Of a DNA stretch of 64,000 nucleotides, positions 11,833-23,039 are shown piece after piece; position 1 is the first letter of the stretch, and every line of letters starts with the position of its first letter. The DNA is from Octopus sinensis (taxonomy: Eukaryota), in contig NC_043007.1 in NCBI RefSeq assembly GCF_006345805.1, positions 43,710,001-43,774,000 on the forward strand, in the 5' to 3' direction. The notes beneath the pieces are model-generated. The model did no database searches, had not been told where the DNA came from, and was given only the letters and a program-made list of their open reading frames with translations. A program made the translations under genes and the position numbers.

Positions 11833-12555
11833 TTGGGTGGGGAAGAAAAACTGGGAATATTTTGGAAGTCTTATTTATCATATATTCATGAGCGTAAATA
11901 ATAAAATATTTTTTTCTATTTAAGATTCGAGGTATATAGAGTTAATTTAAACAGAAGTTCTAATCATATGATCTAATATGTCCACCTAAGAAACCAAGAG
12001 ACAACGCATCGCAGATTTGCTTCGTGCCGGGGTTGCAATTATACATATTGCTCAGAAGTCTGGGGAAAAGGTGGAAGCTAACGATTATTATAAAGCCCAT
12101 TCGGTATAAGGTTTTGCTTTGGATGAAGTCCAACTACCCCAACGGTAATTATGCGTGGACACAAGATGATTCTCCCGCAGTAATTATGTGTAGACAACTC
12201 CGCCTACTTTTGGCCTGCCAACTTCTGGCCTTTTTCCAGCTCAGACTTGAACTCTCTGGGCTATGCCGTGTGGGACAAATTGGAGCACTCTACCAACAAA
12301 ACTTCGCATCCAAGTCTTGACCCTTTTAAGCAAATCCTGAGGGAGGAGTGGGACAACATGTCTGAGTACTTCATCATGAAAAGTGACGCTTTCAGGCGGC
12401 GTGTGGAGGCTGTGGTGGACAATGAAGGTAGACATAGTGAATAAATTGTCTCCTATAAACTTGTGTTAAAATTATATTTATGTCGAGTTGCTTGTTGTAA
12501 TATAATCAATTTGGTGAATTAGCTATTATTTTCCAAGTTTTGCTTCCCCACCCTG
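11833..12555 (+). mobile_element. Tc1/mariner, maT (DD37D)-like, internally deleted
   Basis: TIRs gggtggggaagaaaaactgggaata / tattttccaagttttgcttccccaccctg. Peptides NYAWTQDDSPA and LGYAVWDKLEHSTNKTSHP...FRRRVEAVVDNEGRHSE. Confidence 0.8.
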
Positions 12556-12559
12556 TATG

Positions 12560-12658
<99 letters not shown>

Positions 12659-13718
12659 GTATATATATATATTATATATATATGTATATATATATCCATA
12701 TGCCACACACTCACATAAACAGGCACCAGTACTAGAACGCAGTGAGCTACATACACGCCCGCATGCACACGTTCTTTTCCTTTTCATTTTATAATCTCCA
12801 CCTACTCAGCTCTCCATCCACCTTCTTCGTTGGTGTTTCATGATACTAGCGTCTCTCTTGTTTTCCACCCCTTTCTTCACATTCTATTTCACTTCTGGAA
12901 TTTAGCATTGGATTTTACCTGTTTATCGTCTTTAGACTCCCTCCTATCGCGTAAAAAGCACAAATCTATTTTCAAAAATGTTTTTTAAAATACCAGCTTT
13001 TCTTTGTTGTAAGCGTCTAGTCTTCCTTGCCCCGAAAGCAAAGTGAGTTGTGATAATGTAGAACAATGCATTCTATCAAGAAACAGAACTGTGATTAATT
13101 TGAACCCGTTATTAATCTATATGTAGTGAAAGGACAGAATCGAAATGGATCAACACCAGTTCACTAGTGGTATAAATGTTATCGATCCTGCAACCATAAA
13201 ATGTACTATAAAATCAGCTAAGATTTTAGTTTGTCGCCGCCATTCTGATGTCATTTATGTCATAAACATCCACTGTACTTCCCCGCGTTAAAAATGTTTT
13301 TTTTTTCTGGGACGTATGTTTCGTACTAGGTGTCTCATAGGAATAACGTGATGTTTTTTTTCCTTAAACCAATTTCAAGCCCATTGTTGAAGTTTCCTCC
13401 TTGAAAACTTCGAATAGCGTGTAAAACATCGGCCTTGCATCAAGAGAGTATTTCTTTTTCAACCGAATTACTTTATTGCGTCAATTTATACGTTTCTTTT
13501 CTTACTCAAATCATTGATATTTCGGATGGCAAGGACCTTCTGTTATTTCAGCTACATCGGGATTAAACGTTTACAATAATAGCAGAAACTACATACACGC
13601 ACGTGCATACACACGCGCGCACACACATATATATATATACACACACACACGCATATATACGTATAAGTGTAGCATTACACACATATATATGTGGTACAAT
13701 TGATAGCGATAGAGATAG

Positions 13719-13781
<63 letters not shown>

Positions 13782-14030
13782 AAGAAAGATAGATAGATAG
13801 AGATAGATAGAGAGCGAGAGAGAGAGAGAGATTTGTTGTTTCTGTTTCGAAATAAAGGTATATTATATTACTTTAGCGATATTTTCTGAAGTAGAAGCAT
13901 CCATTAGCGCACGTGTTTTAACCAACGTTGTTAAACTAGTTATAAATGAGACTAGTTCAGCTGAAATGTGTTTATTGCTGTTGAAGATCCTTCAGTTCTG
14001 AAGGGTAACATAAATACCTACCTACCTACC

Positions 14031-14062
<32 letters not shown>

Positions 14063-14179
14063 CAACATACATACATACATACATATACGACATACATACA
14101 TAATACGTACATAAGTTCATGCATGCTTACATACGTGCATACATAATACGTACATACATATGTAAGCGCCTACATGCAT

Positions 14180-14400
14180 ACATGATGGCTGTAACTCGAT
14201 TCCGAGTAATATCTTCGCTGGTGTTCTCTTAAACCTGGGCAGCACGGAATTGGCTTTTCGTTCTTCCTAGGGACATACTCTCTTTTGTACAGATGTGGCA
14301 ACGATGGCCACCTCTTAAAGTAGGTGTTACAACGTATTGTTGATTCCTTTTCAAACTCCCAGCAAATAGTGATGCTGTATAACGGATAGTTAAAAATTTC

Positions 14401-14450
<50 letters not shown>

Positions 14451-15040
14451 TTGACTTCTAATATCTGCCTTAAGTTGACAGACACGACTACACTAGTTTA
14501 TCTTAAAGCGGGCTGTGCGCCGACATACTCAGGCAAATTAATATCAAGACGTTTACGAATATCTCCCTTGAAAGTTTCATGTGCATCACAATTTTGTATG
14601 AATTCCTTGCTCCCATTATGCATCGCTTTCTTCGACGATGAACGATCTAGATGGGGATTTTTCCAAACATTTTTCCAAAATTTTGACCTTCGTCTATGTA
14701 TCCTTGATGCTGAGTCCATAAACGTCCAACCAGTTTTCCAAATGCATCATTGGCTTTCCTGATTTGGAGGGAGATTTCATTATCAAAAATATTTGTCAAG
14801 TTTACAGTACTTCCTAAATACTCGAATTTATCCACGACCTGCAACTGCTTTCCATATATGTAAATGTTTCGTTCAGAATGGCTTCGCCTGTTGCAGGTTG
14901 GTACATTAGAATTGTCTTTTTCCATACTGGTTGTTAGACTGTTTACTCTTATGAAGGAATCCATAAGATACTATGTCACTCAGGGTTTGAGCAACAAGAT
15001 CACAGTCGTTATCCTAAAACATCTAAATATGGCAAAACAT
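14180..15040 (-). mobile_element. RTE LINE 3' fragment, degraded
   Basis: LQVVDKFEYLGSTVNL...EISLQIRKANDAFGKLVGRLW. The extension below 14400 is tentative. Confidence 0.8.
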
Positions 15041-15519
15041 TCCCATAGAATTTTGTAATCACTTAGCGAATTCAATGCCGAGGCGTTGTTCAGCCGTTAT
15101 TAAGAATAAAGGCTATGGCACAAAGTACTAATATGTATTTCGTTTTTGTCGCTCATTTTTGCTGCAATCTTAAGCTTTAAATAAAATTATAATGATACGG
15201 TCTTAAACTGATTTTGCCGGTAAATTTGAAACGTTTATATTAATTTAGCATTAGAATTCTTCAAGTTGTATAAAAATAGTTATTGTCTGCATCATTCGAA
15301 AGAGAAATAAATTCTGCATAAGGTGTAAAAGATAAAGATAATTTGTATGGTGTTAGTAACAAAATATTTTGTAAGAACTATAACTTTTATCATCGGTCTT
15401 AAATTTCATTTCGCCTGTGTATGACGATAAAATTATAGATTAGAAAATCGTATCTCATACATAAACCTAAGATTGAAGAACTTTTATAGTAATGAAACAT
15501 AATAACACATAACATGAAG

Positions 15520-16000
15520 TTCCATATAAACATACAACGGAATGTCTTCTATGTAGAATGTGTAACAAAACCAGCAAACGTCAATGGAGTAATTAGATTG
15601 TGATCATGGTGAGAGACGACATAATACTGTCGTAGAGAGATTGTCCCACGGGAATAATTAGAACAAATTAGAAAGTAAAGAGAAATGATGGAGTATTAAC
15701 CCGCTAGTAAATAACGAACTGTAAAACTATTAGAATACTTTGGGATTTCGGTATTCAGTATAAGTATATAGCGGAGAATAGGGGAATCGATACATGAAAG
15801 CAAGAGAATGAGAAATAATTGATATCAGATTACCTGAGGGGACTTGGAATTTCGATCAAAGAAGATGAAAAAGGGAAGAAGTAAGAGGGTGAAAGCGTAG
15901 GATTTCAAATATATAGTGAGTAAACAAAGATATATTCGCTACCTATACTGCTAGGATATTTAAGTATAGGATCTAATCGATTATGTTTAGTAACATTAGG
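15520..16000 (+). mobile_element. R4/Dong-like LINE, zinc-knuckle/RLE fragment, highly degraded
   Basis: CRMCNKT, RRHNTV, LWDFGIQYKYIAENR, SIKEDEKGKK. Same domain order as 52116-52922. Confidence 0.6.
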
Positions 16001-17462
16001 AATCAAATGTATAGCAAAATATCTAACAACGTATTTTATTAGGAATTACTAGAATACTAAGAAAGTGTTAAAGCTGGTTGAGTATATAAAACGAAAAGAA
16101 AAATATCAAAAATACTCTTCCTTATATCGGAAAACACTGAAGTACAACCAGCTGAAGCAAGATACAACGAAGAAAAAAAGAGTTAGATAAGGGAAACATT
16201 GCAAAAATGATATTTAAGAGCAAAAAGAAAACATATAATAAATTTGGAATTCTTAAAATACCAAAACCCGAGAAAAAAATTGAAATAAAATTCAGTCTAT
16301 TTTCAGTATTTGTAAGGTTTAGAAACTAAGAACGGCTCAAAAGATAGAAACGAAAGGCCATGTGCTTTTAACTGTTACATGGTCGATGCTCGGTCTAAAA
16401 CATCTCCACACTGTGGAAACAGTCGTTGAATACAATTAAATTATATGCTGTATGTGAAATATATACTTTTCTGCCTTTATCTTAAAACATCTAAAATAAA
16501 ATAATAAAAGTGACTGCAGACATGCGTAATAAGCACAAAAATTCCGCTAGGGAATTGGCGGCATAATTCCTGATTACCTACTCTTTGGAAAGAGAGAATA
16601 TGTCCACAAACACTACCTGATAATGGCCGACATCGATTGGGCAATTTGTAGATAACTACACAAAGAAACTGAGAATAAATAAATGGTATTGTACATGTAC
16701 TAAATTGATAAAGCGGCAATGATACGGTTACATTCCTGTGTGACATATTTTTCCAAAGTGGTAAAATAACATTAATGCAAACCACACCGATATCACACGT
16801 AAAACAGAAAAGAAAACCTATAATCGATATCTTGGTTTATTCCGATCGAACTATCCTCTGGAATTGGAAATAAACCAGATGTGCGATGAGAGAGTGAAAA
16901 CACTATCAATAATAATTACTACACTGAAAATATATACCTTTATAATCTTACGATTGTCTTTGGACACCGCCTTGTCGATGTTATTTACACAAATAATTTG
17001 TCTGGTACTTGTTTTATCGATCTCTTTCAATCGAAGCTTTCCTTTTGTGTTAAGGGACGTAAGTTAACGAGGTACTTTTGTTGAATGCACCATTGTACAC
17101 ACCATATGTATATATACATATATTTGTCCGTGCGAATCCTCTTGGTTCACATGTGTGTGTGTGCGTGAGTGCGCATGTGTAAGTGTATGTGTACGTATGT
17201 ATGTGCGTACAATCATACAAATACACAAACATATTTGCACCCTCATATATCTATAAATTTATATGCAATTGTGAAATGGGCACCCTTGTAGAAAACCCAG
17301 CCGAAATTGCGAGGATAATTTGATGCTTGACTGAAGAAAGAAAACTTCGAATGACCCGTCCTTGTTTTCTTTGTATCGTCTATCTGGATATTTTGTTGTC
17401 CCTTTTTGTATCACCTAACTGTCCGTATGTTTTGCATTCTTGTCCCATTTTGTATTTTATAC

Positions 17463-17469
<7 letters not shown>

Positions 17470-17497
<28 letters not shown>

Positions 17498-17655
17498 TGT
17501 ATGTATGTATGTATGTATGTATGTATGCATGCATGTATGTATGTATGTATGTATGTATGTATGTATGTATGTATGTATGTATGTATGTATGCATGCATGC
17601 ATGTATGTATGTATGTATGTATGTATGTATGTATGTATGTATGTATGTATGTATG
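17470..17655. repeat. (ATGT)n microsatellite
   Basis: Direct reading. Confidence 0.95.
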
Positions 17656-17818
17656 TATTACGGGTTTCCATTCGGTTTCTGTCTACCAAATACAGTCAAA
17701 AAGCATTGATCGGCTCGGGGACATAGTAGAAGAAACTTGTAGAAGAAATTTATCTCAAGTGCCATGGAATAGGACTGAACTCGAAACTAAGTGGTTGTGA
17801 ACAAATTTCTTAACCACA
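17656..17818 (-). mobile_element. SINE family B 5' half, degenerate
   Basis: Reverse complement resembles 7017-7190. Confidence 0.65.
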
Positions 17819-18299
17819 ATTAAAATCCCGTCTATTCTGTCGAAAGACCCAACAACGTTGATTTCTTTTTCATTTCTTAATCTTCTTCCTCTCAGCTGGA
17901 AAAATAAGGCTTCGATGGTTCGACATAATTCCGACCGGCTTTTAGCAACCATGTGTGACCTAGTACAATGTAAAATACATTCTCCTCAGTTTATTTTCAA
18001 CTGTTCTATACCAGATATTCTTGGCTGTCTAGGATCGCACTTTGTCGATAGTAGATATCTATCCCCACTTTAACGTGTTCTGTTAGAATAAACTATACTG
18101 CGATAGTTACCATGAGAGAGACTCTCATATTGGCTTTTGGTGCAGCTTCGCTCCTGCCCTCCACCGAAAAACAGAGTTTATCTTATGGTATCTACCGCAT
18201 AACATTCACGTTTAAGAGGGGATAAATATTATCTTTTGGCATTAATACTTCCTCTGTTGCTAATAAATATTTTGCAGATAGTGTCCATCATAATGCTAT

Positions 18300-18475
18300 C
18301 TTTGATATTCTGGTCCGCTTTATTAGTATGTGTCCGTGATCTAATCATCTGAGTTACCGGCCTTTTGTTTCAAGAAACAGTTTTATAATACAGCTCTTCG
18401 TTTGACAACTCATTGGACCAAGGGAATCGGCAGAGTTGGCACAAATAATCGACGAACCTCCGAAGAGAGGGAGAG
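18300..18475 (-). mobile_element. RTE-like LINE fragment
   Basis: LRRFVDYLCQLCRFPWSNELSNEELYYKT resembles the post-RT LR.I..I.W...+SNEE+ segment. Confidence 0.4.
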
Positions 18476-18501
18476 AGAGAAAGAGAGAGAGAGAGAGAGA
18501 A

Positions 18502-18546
<45 letters not shown>

Positions 18547-18699
18547 GTGCTTCCCTCGATCGCTTGCTCTGCTAGAAATAACAGATAAACCTTTTTCATA
18601 TACACTATCGCCTAAAAAAAAAAGAAAAAAAAAGGAAGGACACATAATTTAATGGTCTCAACTTTTACAATAAGGCAATTAGGAGAAGAATTTAACCGC

Positions 18700-18850
18700 C
18701 GATTACATCGACAGTGCTGAACTGGTACGTACTTTATCAACCCAAAAGGATAAAAGCAAAGTCGACCTCGGTGGAATTTGAACTCAGAATGTAATGAATC
18801 GAAAGAAACGATATATAAGATGATGCAGTCTTCATTGCACGAAATTTACA
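18700..18850 (-). mobile_element. SINE family A
   Basis: tggtacgtactttatcaacccaaaaggataaaagcaaagtcgacctcggtggaatttgaactcagaa. Confidence 0.75.
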
Positions 18851-18879
18851 CTGGATAACTGTAAATGGAAAATACCTTT

Positions 18880-19165
18880 GATCAAGGATTTGCCCAGGGT
18901 CGACCGGCAGAGTCGCTAGCGCTGCAGACGAAGAGTTCAGCAGCATTTCGTCCGTCTTTACGTTCTAAGTTCCAGTTCCGCCAGAGACGACTTCGTCTTT
19001 TATCTTTTGGGGTCGATAAAATATTACCAGTCCTGTACAGAGGTTGATGTAATCGACTTACCCCTTCCCTTAAAATTGCTGCTAAAATTTGAAACCATTT
19101 CTGTTTTATCAGGGCTGATCTCGGGTTAAACAACAACAATAACAACAATAGCAACAATAACAATT
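18880..19165 (+). mobile_element. SINE family A with (AAC)n tail
   Basis: gttctaagttccagttccgccagagacgacttcgtcttttatcttttggggtcgataaa. Confidence 0.7.
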
Positions 19166-19799
19166 GGAGGAATAAACTTAACAACTGGTTCTGACATTAA
19201 CTAACAAAAAAAAAACCTTATCTATCGCATTTTAAACAAGAACATTTAGTAATTGTACATGTGTTATCTACAGGTAACAGGATTCGACGGATGATATAAA
19301 ATTCCACAAAAACCTGACTAAATCATTGCTTTATGTGATGTTGAAAGGAATCGGTGGCAAGGAGAAACGAGGAGGGATTTGATTAGTGCTAATATGATGC
19401 TGGTATTAAATGTTATCAGAAATACTAATGAAAAATACAGAAACAAATCAAAACAAAAAAAACATAACCTTAATGTATACAGGAATTGTGTTTACACACC
19501 ATTCTGCTTGTATCTTAGACTCTTGGCATGTGCATATGTTTCTGCCTCTATCAATCTCTCCGTTGATCTAGCACAATTTCTCTTACATTTTATCACACAC
19601 AGGCACACACACATGCATACACGTATATATATATATAAAATAGAATATATATAATATATATACACGGATGCGGCCAAAATGTTCAGAACGGCATTGTTTT
19701 CGTCAGAAAAGTAGATATAAGCTTTTATCAAAGTTGTTTTATATTCTATAATTTTCACAGACAATAAATACGATATTATTTGTTATTGTCTGAGATTTT

Positions 19800-20082
19800 G
19801 GTCTAATTTGAGAGGATAATACAAAAGTTATTGATGATTTAGTGATTTACTGCAAAACCCATGGAGGCCAAAATGATCAGAACTGTTGCTTTTACTCCGT
19901 GTTTTAGTATCTTTAACCGGCGAACTCTAATGTTTTGAATTTGTTTACGTGACGGTTCGTTTACATGTACATCTATATATATAGATGTATATATATAGAT
20001 GTACATGTAATATGTACACATATATATACATATATATACATGCACTAGCACTATGACCCGGCAACGACGGGTCATAATGCTA

Positions 20083-20083
<1 letters not shown>
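19800..20083 (+). mobile_element. Helitron-like 3' end (hairpin plus CTAG|T)
   Basis: Hairpin 20044-20084 with 16/17 paired bases ending CTAG|T. 5' TC end not located. Confidence 0.45.
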
Positions 20084-20149
<66 letters not shown>

Positions 20150-20300
20150 AACATATATATACTTATATATATACACACACATATATATATATACATATAT
20201 TTAAATAATGAAGGTGATAATTGAATATTAATTTAATTAATATCAATTTAAAACCAGTAGCCTAGCATATACAAAAATTTGAAAATTCAGAAAAATTGTA

Positions 20301-20485
20301 ATACATGCATATAATAGGGTTGATCACTAAGTGGGCATCCAATATGCTAGAAGAAGATCACCCGCGATCTAACTACTAAGAAAAGAATGTTCTCTAGAGA
20401 ATGTTCTTAGTAGTTAGATCGCAGGTGATCTTCTTCTAGCATATTGGATGTCCACTTAGTGGTCATCCCTATTATACGCATGTAT
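20301..20485. repeat. Foldback, 82-bp arms, 21-bp spacer
   Basis: 20301-20382 versus reverse complement of 20404-20485: 5 mismatches by eye. Confidence 0.9.
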
Positions 20486-21116
20486 ATACATACATATATA
20501 CATATATATACATTTATATATATATATACATACATATATATATATATGTATATAAATATACGTACATATATATACATATAGATACATACACATATATATA
20601 TATCCACATATATATGCATATATATATATATTAGAAGATATGAGGTAATCAGAAGATCGGATGGTTTATATTTACAGATATTTATTTATATATTACATTT
20701 TTTACATATATATCATATCATTTAGATCATTAGCGCTTTCTCCCATTCTAGTGGGGTTTTCAAATCAAATTAATTCCTTTGTGGGGAATTTTAATCATTT
20801 TATAGAGTTTCGTAGTGGTGGGGAGGAACAAGACGGCACAAGAGGGTGAGGTGGATGAGGGGAAAGTAAGAGAGAATGACGTGTGTGTATGTGTGTGTGC
20901 GCCTGCATCTCAGGCGAGTGCTAAAGAGAAAGAGGGGAAGGGAGAGGGAAGAAGAAGGAAAGAATTTCCTTTGGTCTGCTGGACAGAACATCGACTCCAA
21001 GGGGGTTCTAAGAATTTGGGAAAAATTGTTAATTAATTGATTAATTAATTTGATTAATAAATTTTACCCTTCTATTATTAATTTAAAATTATAATTTACT
21101 CCATGATAGAATACTG

Positions 21117-21202
21117 CTCAATAAACACTCACAACGCCCGGTCTGGGAATCGAAGCCGCGATCCTACGACTGCGAGTCCGTTGTCATAACCATTGCGCCT
21201 CC
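21117..21202 (-). mobile_element. tRNA-derived SINE head (family of 36280-36560), 3'-truncated
   Basis: ggaggcgcaatggttatgacaacggactcgcagtcgtaggatcgcggcttcgattcccagaccgggcgttgtgagtgtttattgag. Confidence 0.85.
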
Positions 21203-21207
21203 ACGTA

Positions 21208-21284
<77 letters not shown>

Positions 21285-21488
21285 TATACATCAATGTATA
21301 TATATGTATATATATATATATGTATATTTATATGTATATATATTATGTATATATATACGTGTATATATATATATATAGATATATGTATATATATATATGT
21401 GTGTGTATATATATGTATATATATATGTGTATATATATATATGTATATACATATATGTATATATATATATGTAAAATAAATGTATATA

Positions 21489-21527
<39 letters not shown>

Positions 21528-21722
21528 TCAATATATATATATATATATGTATATACACAAATTAGTAAATAAATGGCACAACTAAGTACCGATATTTACT
21601 GGAAATAGCGAACGTATATATGTATATATATATATATATATTATATATATATATAATATATATATATAGATATATATATATATATGTATATATATATCTA
21701 TGTGTATATATACATGTATGCA

Positions 21723-21783
<61 letters not shown>

Positions 21784-21841
21784 CTGAATGAGATAAAAAA
21801 TCCAAGGCTGAGAGGAGTTTTCAGGACATTTATAGTGAAAT

Positions 21842-21880
21842 GTCTTACAACTTTTTCTGGGATATCCCTTCATCAGGGAC
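21842..21880 (-). ncRNA. Minimal hammerhead motif (left arm)
   Basis: GUCC-CUGAUGA-A-GGGAUAUCCC-A-GAAA-AAGUUG-UA/AGAC. Confidence 0.55.
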
Positions 21881-22078
21881 GATGTAAGAAAATATTTGAG
21901 CTCGAATTAAAAGATAGGGAATATTGAAGGAAATAAGAGAATGAAAGTAGAAATAAGATATATAAAGATATTGTAGTTTATGTATATTTATATATCTTAT
22001 TTCTACTTCATTCTCTTATTTCCCTCTATATTCCCTATCTTTTCCACAATAATTCGAACTCAAACCTTTTCTCACACC

Positions 22079-22126
22079 GTCTCTGATGAAGGGATATCCA
22101 TAAAATACCAGAAAAAGCTGTAAGAC
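22079..22126 (+). ncRNA. Minimal hammerhead motif (right arm)
   Basis: GUCU-CUGAUGA-A-GGGAUAUCCAUAAAAUACCA-GAAA-AAGCUG-UA/AGAC. Stem I GUCU/AGAC is perfect. Confidence 0.55.
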
Positions 22127-22334
22127 TATTTCATTATAAATGTGCTGAAAACTCCTCACAGTCTTGGTCTAATATATATATTCATGCTAATACAAGACCC
22201 ACGCTTTACTCCTCACTCGTATCATTATCATTATCGAACCAAGAGTTTAACCACGTTCTGTCCATAACACTTACTTAGCGTTACCTGACACTCTTTGGGT
22301 CTTCTAGACCAATACCCCTCATACCCTCGGTATG

Positions 22335-22410
<76 letters not shown>

Positions 22411-22442
22411 TGTGTATATATGTATATATATGTATATATATG

Positions 22443-22496
<54 letters not shown>

Positions 22497-22677
22497 CCCA
22501 TGATGCTGCACAACACTGAAGTACTTATTAAATTTAAACATTATAAGGCCATTAGCAGCAATAATGAACTATGTAAAAATGTAAACACATTTCTTCTACA
22601 CTTTCGAAAGCACAGACAGAATGAGTTTGCATTCTTAAAAAAGTTCATTATCACAGATAATGGCTTTATAATACACC

Positions 22678-22726
<49 letters not shown>

Positions 22727-23039
22727 CTCTCTCTCTCTTTCTCTCTTATGCACACATATTATCATAAGTCTTTCTAAGAATATGTACACTTGAAATCCAA
22801 GAAATTGCAATTCTATAGCCAACGATTCAAAAGAATATTTACCCAGACCGCATATACATATATTTATTTATCACTTATATGAGCTGCAGTCATAATAGAG
22901 AACTGCCTTTAAGAGTTCTGGTCGTTGATATTGACTACTATATCTTGTCTAGTTTTCATTTTATTGATTTTTGTGTATAACAGTCAAATTCCACAAGATT
23001 GAAGAGCCATAATATCTTAAGATATGGAAACACAAGGCA

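Larger units (their letters stand above)
21780..22172. mobile_element. (TA)n-flanked foldback made of two inverted PLE-type terminal repeats
   Basis: Arms about 21802-21966 and 21987-22167, 20-bp spacer. Each arm has an HHR motif. Confidence 0.75.

Noticed and set aside
13330-13460. Possible mariner C-terminal remnant on the minus strand
   Set aside because: Only a frameshifted FQQW-like trace, with no TIR or catalytic motif.
13978-14009. CUGUUGA followed by a CCUUCAG/CUGAAGG hairpin
   Set aside because: No GAAA and no stems I/III, so it is not supportable as a hammerhead.
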